Source: Amphiscolops sp. MND2022
Lineage: Eukaryota
Reading direction: 5' to 3'
Assembly: GCA_964187785.1 (NCBI GenBank)
Contig: OZ076409.1
Coordinates: 37,946,001-38,010,000 of the forward strand
DNA: 64,000 nt
Of this stretch, positions 25,101 through 38,231 are shown piece by piece (position 1 is the stretch's first letter; every line of letters starts with the position of its first letter). Under the pieces are notes generated by a model that saw only the letters and a program-made list of their open reading frames with translations, did not search any database and was not told where the DNA came from. The translations under genes and the position numbers were made by a program.

Positions 25101-27053
25101 GGTTTTTGAGCGTCACCATAGCCCACAAAAAATTTTCGACCCATTGAGTGAAGACCGTAGAGACCGTTGTTGGCGAGCAAATGAGCTTTTTGTAAGTCCG
25201 AGTCGCCTGAAAAAATGCTATGTAACCCATGTAAGCACTTTTATCACTCCCTGTAGCAACTGGTGAAAACTTTTTATCACCATTTGGTAGGCCAGTGGCC
25301 GACGTTCACTTTCCAAGAGATGACCCATGTTGGTATCTGTACTCTGTCAGGAGATATACATTCCCGAAATGTAGTTTCGATGTGACAACATAACTCTCTA
25401 TAACTCTCGGACTCACCTAAAAAATCCAAAATTTTTCGGAAGCACTCTACAAGTGTACTGGTGGGTTTTTGGGCGTCACCATAGCACACTGACACTTTTT
25501 GACCTTATGGTCGAAGACCGTACAAACCGTTGGTGCAGCAGAAATAGGCCTTTTGTAGGTCCGAGTCGTGCAAAAAAATGCTAAATACCCCATATTGGCA
25601 TATTATTCACGCCGTGCAGCAGTGACTGAAAACTTTTTCTAACCAATCGATAGACCAGTGGCCCACGTTCTTTTTCGAAAAGGTGACCCATGATGCTATC
25701 TGTACTCTGTGAGGAGATATGCATACCCGAAATGTAGTTACGATGTGACACTATAACTCTCGGACCCACGTGAAAATTCGAAATTCTTTCAGAGGCTTCC
25801 TACCAGTGTTCTGATGTGTTTTTGGGCGCCACCATGTCACACTGACAAAATTTTATCTTATGGTACCAGACCGTTCGGACCGTTGCTGAAGAGAAAATCA
25901 CATTTTTGTAACTGCGAGTCGACATGAAAAATTGAAAACAACACTTCTGAAAATTTTTTTCTTTCACTATGGCAGCTAAGGTATATTTTTTGCACTCAAT
26001 CGTTAGACCGCTGCCCAACGTTCATTTTGATAAAGATGACCCACGGTGCTATCTGTACTCGGTTATGAGTAACATGATTATGAAATGTTGATACAACGTA
26101 ACAGATCAACTCGCACCGTGACTCAAAAAAATCAAATTTTTCCAGAGGCCTCTTAGAGGTCAACCGATGTCATTTTGGTCGTCACCATAACTCACTGACA
26201 CTTTTTCACCTTTTGGTCCGAGACCGTGCGGACCGTTCCTCCTGGTCAAATCATCAATTTTGTAATGGTGATACTGTTGGAAAAAACCATTTGGCACTTT
26301 TGGCCACTTTGATTGGGCCCGAGGGGAAAATTTTTTTGGACCGTTCGGTAGACCGTTGGCCGTTGATGATTTTGCAAAATGTGCACATTGGCGGTATCTG
26401 CATTGCTTCATGCTGAAAATGGACTCTGAATATGTGAGTCATAAATCACGTTGAATCAAAAAACCCGAAACATTGCAAATATAGGTTGAAGATGCAATTT
26501 TTCGGAAAAACGTCAGAAGAAAAAAGTTCTTAAAATTTGTTTTACTACCTGTGTGCCAAGTTTCAACGCAATCCGCGGACTTTTTGATTTTTGTCATTTT
26601 TGAAACAAATGTTGGCCAAATGTGTGCAAATTTTCGTATTCGTTAAATTTTCCGCCAATATTATCCGCCATATCTCCACTCCTGTTGCGAATTAAGAAAT
26701 AATTTTTGGCATGTGTAAGCATGACATCATTTATGCCTCGCACGCAAAAAATGGGCCAAATGCATAGCGTAAAGTGTGGAGCTACTACGTGAAAAATGCG
26801 AAAAATGGCCAAAAAACACGATCATTTGCACATAACTTTTCAACAAATGTTTCAATCATGATACGTCAGGGGAAAAAAGTTCTTAGAATTTGATTTTATG
26901 TATGTGTGCAAAGTTTCATGGAAATCTAACGGTTAGATTGGAAAATCGCTTGTTTTTCTCCCGGTCTACCATGGATGCATTTTGTATATAGCGCTCGGCT
27001 CCGGGACCCTCCCCAGGCCTCGCAATGACTATTGTGGGGCAAATTAAGCCCCG
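22156..27053 (+). mobile_element. Long unit, family A (4898 bp)
   Basis: Head ggaggcgaggttgttgcag. Has the +1 kb palindrome, four ~355-bp subrepeats and the conserved terminal block. No long ORF. Confidence 0.6.
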
Positions 27054-30000
27054 GACCACCCAGTGGAGGCGAGGTTGTTGCAGTTACACTGCCGAGAAGC
27101 GAGGAAAATGTGTATAGAAAGAAAATAATTCTCAACAATAAAATTTTCGTTTTCCGTTCTGTTGACAAAAGTAGTCTTTGTTGTGTTCAACGTATTTCAT
27201 ATTTGGCATCTCCACGACACGTGGTGCCTTACAATCCTACTTGTCACTTATTCTCCATCAATCTGCAATCCAGCACGACGTTCCTGCTGAATAACAGTGA
27301 TGTTCTACTTTAACAATGTACAAAGAAAAGTGGAAGAGTTTCAACATTAGAAGTAATTGTTCAATATAGTGATTAATGCCTTATAATCTCCAATAACACT
27401 GCAAATTGTGAACGTAACTGCCTCATTATGTGGAAATGGGTGGAGAGAATTGTAAAAAAGAAAGCTCTGTTGTGACCGAGCTGAGATGCAAAGATGACGG
27501 GACTGGCGGGTTCCAAATTTTGAAAATATTCACTATCGGACAGAAAAATTTTTGTGGAAGGATTTGACTGCTGAAAAATTTTGAAGTATTTTCGTGTGCC
27601 ATGTGTTTGCCCAAATAATTTTCAGCTGGGATGGATTTATTTCGTAGTAGTGAACCTTTCCTACCACAAGTGGCTGACTTAAATGCATTAGAAATACATA
27701 CACTCCAACTCCATTTCCTTTTTTTTGCCGTATGTCACCACTGTGGAAGACATCAACGTATATTGTAACGTACTGTCTGGTGGAGGGGTAGAGGATTTCG
27801 TGGAACCAATAGGGGTAGCCACTCATTGGTTAGATGAATGTACGTTCCACAAACAATTCATAAGTTTCAAGTTAGTTTTTACGGTATTTTTAAGCGTCAC
27901 AATGAAAGAGTTCTTTATTGAACACAATGGTGGTTATCGTATAGCGAATAGAAATGCTCATGTCCTGAATTTATCAATTAACGTGAGAAAAGAAAGTTGA
28001 ATGAAGGTTTCCCCGTCTATTTTGAGATTAAGGGAACTCCTGGTTTTTGGTGTTTGTAGTGTTAGCCTTCCAAGTTGGCCGAAGGCCAACTTGGAAGGCT
28101 ATCACGAAATTTTTTTATAAACTCTTTATAAAAATGCAAGATTCAGTTATAAAGTCTTTATAAAAATGCAAATCAGATCTATATAGTCTGCGAAATTCAA
28201 GTACTGAAAGACGTATTGAGAATTTGATTACCTGCTGTGAAGTTGATTCGGTCTTTGCTAATGTATCGTTCGATGAACATTGCGTTGTAAAACATATGAC
28301 ACTTTTCAGCCGTAACGAAGGAGTTTGGAACAACAGAAAGATCGTGCACTTTGAAAAAGATACACAGTTGATGAACCGTACTAAATTGAACTGCTCATTG
28401 ATGTTTACACTATCAAATTTTTGTGTTAGAGTGCAAAAAATACAGTGAAAAATTCTTAGTACTTTGGTAAGCTTTGTGTTACACAATGCTTTATGCGCCA
28501 CATTTTTCCCATACACCCCTGTATAAACCTCATATTCGCAACACTGATACTATATTAATAGTAATTGACGGGAAACAGGTTAGATTGTTATGTATTCTGT
28601 TTTTATTGTGAAAATGTGTGTTCGAAATTTTCAGTTGAAAGTTGAATTTTCCTTTGCGAAACGTGTTATCGTGGCTCACATGTCACTGAAGCATTTGATA
28701 CCAGTCATATATCTGTTTTTCAGTATTTTGTAGGCCAGAGGTTACGTCAGACACAATATTGTTGTTCAAAAGACGGGGAATCAATTTTCGACCTGACAAA
28801 AATGGGGTTTTTGGGAAAAAAAAATTTCTTGTTCAGAACGAATGGGGTGAAAAATCTGTCCAGACCGAGCATGGTTGTATTGTAAATACTTTTTACAACT
28901 GTAAACAAGTTGTTTGTTGTCTGTGAGGTCGTTGTTGAGCGCTAATACCATAACCGACAAGGACCGATTAAAAAAGGCACAATGGAACGTGACAAATAAC
29001 AGGAGTTTTTAAAAAATATCTCCAGTAATCACTACTTTTGACATGTCGAAATTCCTTGCATTGATTTGTCAAGTCTGGTATCCACCTTGGTTGATTCTAA
29101 AGTTTAGTGTTAGACCAAAAATAGTCTTGGTGGGACCGCCGATACCAAAAAAATGATGACACATCGGGAAAAATACTGAAGTTGAAGTCATGCGTCTATT
29201 CAGTATGATATTTTTAGCTACCTCAGACTCTGAAATATAACCTTACAAGTTCGGTAAACATCATTTTCTTATTTTACAGGGCCAGTGAGTTGCGTTAGAA
29301 ACCAATAGTTCCTTATAAAGTTCCATTTTGTTAGTTTGACTCCACCAAAATTGTGATGCTTTATCAGTATTTGACATATTTCACTAGTGATTTGTAAATA
29401 TTGGTTCCCATGACTACTCCAATTATAGTGTATGTGCCTTGTCAAAGCCCCGTTGTATTTTTCACATGCCACTGGACTAAGAGAAATGGATAGTTGATGT
29501 TTGTGGGCAAAAATTTGTGGTTCTATGTGTCAAAAAATGATTTGGAAACAAACTTTATCTCCGAATTTTGTTTGTCAAAGGGGCTTTTGTCACTCAAAAT
29601 CTTAATATAACCATTGCGGAAGGTCAATATGCGTTCCACGTCAACTGGACACGTAGTTGTACACAGAAAAGAGTCGTGATAGACTGAAAAATCATTTAGG
29701 CTAGTTTTCACTCAACCCATATATTGATATATGAGGTACCATTTGCTGATGTGTAACGTCTAATGGCATCTGACTTTTTCAAAATGACTCGAAACCCACA
29801 GTCGGCACTTTTTTCGTGGTATGCACATCCCATGTTATGCAAAACAACTATTTATGTGGTTATTGAGCTTTAAAAAATGATTTTGGGCCGTCAAAAACAT
29901 GATTTCGATAGGGAACGAAAGCAATTCCCAATGTAATATCTAACATAGTCAGCATGAAAACACAAAAATTTTGAAGAATCATCCTACACGTAAACTGATG

Positions 30001-31949
30001 GGTTCTTGGGCGTCAGCATAGCTTACAAAACTTTTTTGACCTTATGGTCGGAGACCGGAGAGACCGTTGTTGGCGAGCAAATGAGCTTTTTGTAAGTGCG
30101 AGTCGCCTGAAAAAATGCTAAGTAACACATGTAAGCACTTTTATCACTCCCTGTAGCAACTGATGAAAACTTTTTATCACCATCCGGTAGTTCAGTGGCT
30201 CACGTTCACTTTCCAAAAGATGACCCATGTTGCTATCTGTACTCTGTCAGGAGATATACATACCCGAAATGTAGTTACGACGTGACAACATAACTCTCTA
30301 TAACTCTCGGACTTAACTAAAAATTCCAAATTTTTTCAGAAGCACTCTACAAGTGTACTGTTGGGTTTTTGGGCGTCACCATAGCACACTGACACTTTTT
30401 GACCTTATGGTTGAAGACCGTACGGACCGTTGGTGGAGCAGAAATGGGCCTTTTGTAGGTCCGAGTCGTGCAAAAAAATGCTAATTACCGCATATAGGCA
30501 TATTATTCACGCCGTGCAGCAGTGACTGAAAACTTTTTATGACCAATCGATAGACTAGTGGCCCACGTTCTTTTTCGAAAAGGTGACCCATGATGCTATC
30601 TGTACTCTGTCAGGAGATATGCATTCCCGAAATGTAGTTACGATGTGACACTATAACTCTCGGACCCACGTGAAAATTCGAAAATCGTTCAGAAGCTTCC
30701 TACCAGTGTTCTGATGTGTTTTTGGGCGCCACCATGTCACACTGACAAATTTTTATCTTATGGTACCAGACCGTTCGGACCGTTGCTGAAGAGAAAATCA
30801 CATTTTTGTAACTGCGAGTCGACATGAAAAATTGAAAACAACACTTCTGAAAATTTTTTTCTTTCACTATGGCAGCTAAGGTATATTTTTTGCACTCAAT
30901 CGTTAGACCGCTGCCCAACGTTCATTTTGATAAGGATGACCCACGGTGCTATCTGTACTCGGTTATGAGTAACATGATTATGAAATGTTGATACAACGTA
31001 ACAGATCAACTCGGACCGTGACTCAAAAAAATCAAATTTTTCCAGAGGCCTCTTAGAGGTCAACCGATGTCATTTTGGTTGTCACCATAACTCACTGACA
31101 CTTTTTTACCTTATGGTCCGAGACCGTGCGGACCGTTCCTCCTGGTCAAATCATCAATTTTGTAATGGTGATACTGTTGGAATGAACCTTTTGGCACTTT
31201 CGGCCACTTTGATTGAGACCGTGGGCAAAATTTTTTTAGACCGTTCGGTAGACCGTTGGCCGTTGATGATTTTGCAATATATGCACATTGCCGGTATCTG
31301 CGTTGCTTCATGCTGAAAATGGACTTTGAATATGTGAGTGATAAATCACGTTGAATCAAAAAATCCGAAATATTGCAAATATAGGTTGAAACTGCAATTT
31401 TTCGGAAAAACGTCAGGAGAAAAAAGTTCTTAAAATTTGTTCTACTACCTGTGTGCCAAGTTTCAACGCAATCCGCGGACGTTTCAATTTTTCTCATTTT
31501 TGAAACAAATGTTGGCCAAATATGTGCAAATTTTCGTATTCGTTAAATTTTCCGCCAATATTATCCGCCATATCTCCACTCCTGTTGCGAATTGAGAAAT
31601 AATTTTTGGCATGTGTAAACATGACATCCTTTATGCCTCGCACGCAAAAAATAGGCCTAATGCATAGCGTAAAGTGTGGAGCTGCTGCGTGAAAAATGCA
31701 AAAAATGGCCAAAAAACACGATCATTTGCACATAACTTTTCAACAAATGTTTCAATCATGATACGTCAGGGGAAAAAAATTCTTAGAATTTGATTTCATG
31801 TATGTGTGCAAAGTTTCATGGAAATCTAACGGTTAGATTGGAAAATCGCTTGTTTTTCTCCCGGTCTACCATGGATGCATTTTGTATATAGCGCTCGGCT
31901 CCGGGACCCTCCCCAGGCCTCGCAATGGTACCTGTGGGGGACCACCCCG
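27054..31949 (+). mobile_element. Long unit, family A (4896 bp)
   Basis: Colinear with the preceding unit, with a variant terminal hairpin (ggtacctgtgggggaccaccccg). Confidence 0.6.
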
Positions 31950-34089
31950 GACCACCTAGCGATGGAGCGATTTAGAGCACTGCTAGTAAAAGGCCTAAAC
32001 TTAACAGCGCAACCTTTGCTAATGGAGTATGAAAAAGAAATATTGAGGCTAGCAATTTTTTGTAAGTTATTCTGGGACTGAACGATAAATATCATCACCC
32101 TGACGAGTGAATGTCTATGGTGACTGCCGTCAACTTAACTCAAGGGATTTTGTGGTTTTTTGCTTTCTAAGCAAGCACCGTTGTTCCTGCGAGATGCTGC
32201 GCAACTCTCGGAACACCGGTTACAATAAATTTTGCTGATCGATTTGCAATAACCAATCATCACTTTGAGGCATTTTTTGGCACAACTTATGCCCTAGGGC
32301 TTCTTTGCTCGATACAGAGGGTAAACCCCAGCCCCATAATCAGTTTCAAGTTTGCTGCAGCTGCTTCCTGTGCTGCATCATATCCAACTGAAAGTGTTAC
32401 AATTATTTCTCATCCAATCACTCATAATGACATATACCCCAAAAAATCAACTTTTTTCTGATGTCTCCTACAGGTGAACGAATTACATTTTTGGAACCCC
32501 CATTGGATGCTGACAATTTTTGACCTTATTGTCCGAGACCGTGCGGACCGTTCCGGCTGCTCAAATCATCAATTTGATCAAAGTGATTCAGTCAAAAAAA
32601 TAATTTTGGCACTTTTCGGCACTTTGGTTTCCCCCGGGGGGAAATTTTTTCGGACCGTTCGAAAGACCGTTGACCATTGATGATTTTCATAAAATTGCAC
32701 TTTGCCGCTACGGGCTTTCCTTCATGGTGAAAATGGCCTTTGATTCGGTCATTGATTAATCAAAGATGAAAAAAGATGAAAAAAACCAAAAAAAACGCAA
32801 AAAAACCCTACAAAATGAATTTTCCTGGAAAAACGTCAGCAGAAAAAAATTCCTAAATTTTTAAGATGAAGCCACATGCAAAGTTTCAGACAAATCCTAC
32901 GGGTGAATTTCGAGATCGGTTAAAATACTTCGCAATCCTGAAGGTAGGAATTGATAGAATGTGCTCGGCTCTCGGGACCCTCCCCGGCCTCGCAATATTT
33001 TCTGATGGGCATCCCCCTTGACCACCTAGCGATGGAGCGATTTAGAGCACTGCTAGTAAAAGGCCTAAACTTAACAGCGCAACCTTTGCTAATGGAGTAT
33101 GAAAAAGAAATATTGAGGCTAGCAATTTTTTGTAAGTTATTCTGGGATTGAACAATAAATATCATCACCCTGACGAGTGAATGTCTATGGTGACTGCCGT
33201 CAACTTAACTCAAGGGATTTTGTGGTTTTTTGCTTTCTAAGCAAGCACCGTTGTTCCTGCGAGATGCTGCGCAACTCTCGGAACACCGGTGACAATAAAT
33301 TTTGCTGATCGAATTGCAATAACCTAATCATCACTTTGAGGCATTTTTTGGCACAACTTATGCCCTAGGGCTGTTTTGCTCGATACAGAGGGTAAACCCC
33401 AGTCCCATAATCAGTTTCAAGTTTGCTGCAGCTGCTTCCTGTGCTGCATCATATCCAACTGAAAGTGATACAATTATTTCTCATCCAATCACTCATAATG
33501 ACATATACCCGAAAAAATCAACTTTTTTCTGATGTCTCCTACAGGTGAACGAATTACATTTTTGGAACCCCCATTGGATGCTGAAAATGTTTGACCTTAT
33601 TGTCCGAGACCGTGCGGACCGTTCCGGCTGCTCAAATCATCAATTTGATCAAAGTGATTCAGTCAAAAAAATAATTTTGGCACTTTTCGGCACTTTGGTT
33701 TCCCCCGGGGGGAAATTTTTTTGGACCGTTCGAAAGACCGTTGACCGTTGATGATTTTCATAAAAGTGCACTTTGCCGCTACGGGCTTTCCTTCATGGTG
33801 AAAATGGCCTTTGATTTGGTCATTGATTAATCAAAGATGAACAAAGATGAAAAAAACCAAAAAAACGCAAAAAAACCCTACAAAATGAATTTTCCTGGAA
33901 AAACGTCAGCAGAAAAAAGTTCTTAAATTTTTAAGATGAAGCCACATGCAAAGTTTCAGACAAATCCTACGGGTGAATTTCGAGATCGGTTAAAATACTT
34001 CGCAATCCTGAAGGTAGGAATTGATAGAATGTGCTCGGCTCTCGGGACCCTCCCCGGCCTCGCAATATTTTCTGATGGGCATCCCCCTT
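31950..34089 (+). mobile_element. Two short D units (31950-33019, 33020-34089; 1070 bp each)
   Basis: Same head and tail as the D units at 15807 and 19016. Confidence 0.6.
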
Positions 34090-36162
34090 GACCACCCAGT
34101 GGAGGCAGGTACCAACTACCAGTAAGGCCTATTCAGACAATACTTTATCGGAATTGAAGTTGGTGCAACTTACTATTGTAAACTTTAATGGTTTCCATTT
34201 AAAAAAACCATAGTTCAACAATTTATTTTCTTCATCTTCAATATTCTACCAACCTCCTCATTGGAAGCACATGAGTTGCAAAGACCTTTATTTGTTGTCG
34301 TCGTTCTTCCTCCGAATCGCTTCGCGTTCCTCCGGAACAACGCCGGTGTTGCTATTTGTCATAAATTCCAAAAAGTGATTGAAACTTCAAAGACGTCTGT
34401 TAAATGCTTCAGTAGTATATTCATTAAAAAAATGTCTCAAAACACTTCAAATAGTCAGCGTAAGTGCTCAGGTACCTCATTTTTGACCTCAAAATGTGAA
34501 AAAACATCAAAAAATACGAAAAAACACTTTTTTTGGAAAAATTCTAAATTTTTCGAATTTTTGTAGAACTTTTGTAGAACTTTTTTTTCGGCCAAAAAAA
34601 CCAAAATTTTTTCCTTTTTCGATCAAACATAAAACCATTCATTTTTATCCATAGGCACTACCTCTTCCATTGGGCACTTCGGAAGTCATGATAAAAAGTG
34701 TCAAAAAATCACCTTTTTTGAAGTATATTTTCTATCATATCTCCCGTTGTATTAGGACCTGGCCAAAAATTTTTGGCCATCTTGTAGCCCACTTCATTTG
34801 TATCTCACACAAAAAGTTTCGGCCTTTGGGCTCCAATGGCTGAGGAGCAGCGACTGAAAAGTTGCGAAAAATGGGTGATTTCGACATACATTTGCTCATA
34901 ACTTCCGTCACAGGGTATGGAGCGAAAAGTGCCAGAAGGAAAAAGTTCTTACATTTTGATTCTATGTCCGCATGCAAAGTTTGAATAAATTCTAACGGTT
35001 CATTTCCGAGATCGTCTCCGTAGACCCCCCCCCCAAGATGTATATTTTTAGCAGGCTATTCTTCAAGCTCGTCACGGGACCCTACCCGGCCTCGCACTAC
35101 TCTATGATGGTAAAACACCCGACCACCCAGTGGAGGCTGGTACCAACTACTAGTGAGGCCTCATCAACTACTACTTCAAATAAGAACGTGATGAAGATAC
35201 GTCTTCACTTTAATTTGCATTTGGATTGGTTAATGATTTGCATTGGATTAACTACTTTCAATTAACCATTTTCATCTTGACTAATTTATCCATTCACTTC
35301 ATTGGGACAACAGTGTGTTGCACAGACCTTTATTTGTTGTCGCCGTTCTTCCTTCGAATCGCTTCGCGTTCCTCCGGAACAACGCCGGTGTTGCTATTTG
35401 TCAAAAATTCCAAAAAGTGATTGAAAATTCAAAGACGTCTGTTAAATGCTTCAGTAGTATATTCATTGAAAAAAAATGTCTCAAAATACTTCAAATAGTC
35501 AGCGTAAGTGCTCAGGTACCTCATTTTTGACCTCAAAATGTGAAAAAACATCAAAAAATACAAAAAAAACTTTTTTTTGGAAAAATTCTAAATTTTTCGA
35601 ATTTTTGTAGAACTTTTGTAGAACTTTTTTTCGGCCAAAAAAACCAAAATTTTTTCCTCTTTCGATCAAACATAAAACCATTCATTTTTATCCATAGGCA
35701 CTACCTCTTCCATTGGGCACTTCGGAAGTCATGATAAAAAGTGTCAAAAAATCACCTTTTTTGAAGTATATTTCCTATCATATCTCCCGTTGTATTAGGG
35801 CCTGGCCAAAAATTTTTGGCCATCTTGTAGCCCACTTCATTTGTACCTCACACAAAAAGTTTCGGCCTATTGGCTCCAATGGCTGAGGAGCAGCGACTGA
35901 AAAGATGCGAAAAATGGGTGATTTCGACATACATTTGCTCATAACTTCCGTCACAGGGTATGGAGCGAAAAGTGCCAGTAGGAAAAAGTTCTTACATTTT
36001 GATTCTATGTCCGCATGCAAAGTTTGAATAAATTCTAACGGTTCATTTTCGAGATCGTCTCCGTAGACCCCCCCCCAACATGTATATTTTTAGCAGGCTA
36101 TTCTTCAAGCTCGTCACGGGACCCTACCCGGCCTCGCACTACTCTGTAAAGGTAAAACACCC
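34090..36162 (+). mobile_element. Two short B units (34090-35120, 35121-36162)
   Basis: Both have B tails. The second has a diverged first ~190 bp (ctggtaccaactactagtgagg). Confidence 0.6.
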
Positions 36163-37199
36163 GACCACCCAGTGGAGGCAAAGGTACAATCACGAGAAAG
36201 GCCGTAATGACATTGTACAGGTACGCAATGAGGCGGAACTCACAGAATAACGACCATCAATTGTTTTGCATTGTACAAAACTTGCACAAAACGGCTTTCT
36301 TTCATCTGCAATAGTTCATCCTATAACGCACGCGCGAACCACCACAAGTGATGTCCAGGCAATGTATTTTGTTATCACCGTTCTTCCTCCGAACAGCTTC
36401 GCGGTCCTCCGGAGAACGGTGATGTTGTTAGTTACAATTTAACAAAAATATACTGACACATTCAGTTCCAACAACTGAAGCAACAGTTCAGTATTGTCTC
36501 ATTTACATTTTCTGACCTTTGAAACCCCTTTAGTTGTCACCGTAAGTGCAGAGTCACTTCTTTTTTGCGTTCAAAATGTGAAAAAGCATCGAAAAATGAG
36601 AAAATCTTTTTTTTTGAAAAAATTCTAAATTTTTAGAATTTTTGTAGAACTTTTGTAGAACTTTTTTATTTTTTATTTTTTATCCTGACCACGCGATGTT
36701 GAAAACACATCGACTGTACTGCTACCGCTCCATTAAACACCATCTCATACAAAGTTCGGAAGTTATGACGCGATGACCGGAGATTTCACAATTTTCCACT
36801 ACCTTTTCCCCTTCTACCTCTCAGCCTAGTATCACCAGCCTAATGATTTTTGGCATGCAAACACCTGACATCATTTATGCCTCGCATGCAAAGTATCAGC
36901 CAATTGTATCCACATGCTGCAGATATCGCAGCGAAAAAGTACCGAAACAGGGTGAAAAAACCGATCATTTGCTCATAACTTCCCGCCAAGTAATAGGATC
37001 GTGTTTGACCAGCAGAACATCATTTGTACATCGGCAAGATAAGTACACATGCAAAGTTTCGTTACAATCCTACGGTTCAATTCGAAAATCGCCATTTTTT
37101 GACAGGTGATCTATAGGTATATAGTTTGACACGCAAAACTTGAGCTCGGCGACGGGACCCTCCCCGGCCTCGCACTAAAATATGTGGGGAACTACCCCT
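36163..37199 (+). mobile_element. Short C unit (1037 bp)
   Basis: Shares diagnostic variants (cattgtacaggtacgc, acagcttcgcgg) with 7471-8508. Confidence 0.6.
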
Positions 37200-38231
37200 G
37201 ACCACCCAGTGGAGGCAAGGAAACTAATTACCAGAATGGGTGGGTGGCTTCCGTGGAACTATATTTTACAACATGTTACTAGTACTGTTTACTTTAGGTA
37301 ACATCCATGGAAACGTTTTTAGTCCTTTTCAACTGATGAAAAACTCTGTTTTTCATCAGTTATCAGATGATTACATATTACTCAGTACAACCACCCGGGT
37401 ACTTAGTTATTTCTATCCGTTGTTCCTGCGAACTGCTTCGCATTTCTCAGGAACAACGGAGAAGTTGTTTCTTGAACTTTTTTTCCACAAACAATGGCGG
37501 GACTTCTAACAAAAAAACATTTAGTTCTGTAAAATGACCACTCATTGACAAAGAGGTATGTTAAAATCCTTCAAGTAGTCATCCTAAGTGCAGGGTTACG
37601 TCATTTTCGTGCTCAAATTGTGAAAAAGCATCGAAAAACAAGAAAATCTTTTTTTTGAAAAATTCGTCAATTTTAGAATTTTTGTAGAACTTTTGAAGAA
37701 CTTTTTTATTTTTTATTTTTTATCCTGACCACGTGATGATGAAAGTACCTCCAAAGTACTGCTACCGCTAAAGGAAACACCATCAATACAAAAGTTCGGA
37801 AGTTATGACGGAATGACCGGACTTTTCACAATTTTCGGTTTATATTTCAGCTTCTATCTCCCAGCCTAGTATCACCAGCCTAATGATTTTTGACATGCAA
37901 ACATTTTCCTTCATTTATGCCTCGCATGCAAAGTTTCAGCCAATTGTATCCACAGGCTGGTTGTACCGAGGCGTAAACATGCCGATAATAGGTGAAAAAA
38001 CCGATCATTTGCTCATAACTTCCGACACAGTGTTGCAACCATGTTTTGCCAGGGGAAAAAAGTTCTTATAATTTTGAGATCTACCTACACACAAAGTTTC
38101 ATTCCAATCGTATGGCTCAATTCCAAAATCGCTGTTTTTCTGGACCCCTCACTCTAGATAGATATCTGACAGGAGGCTCGGACTCGGGGCCCCTCCCCCA
38201 CCTCGCAAATATTTTGGTAGAGTATACTCGT
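37200..38231 (+). mobile_element. Short E unit (1032 bp)
   Basis: Near-identical to 13703-14735. Confidence 0.6.

Noticed and set aside
3966..37109. Recurrent ORF MIFGMQTPDIIYASHAKYQP... (62-99 aa) in C and E tails
   Set aside because: It recurs only because the DNA is repeated. Its stop position varies, the copy at ~9185 is interrupted by stops, and it has no recognisable domain.
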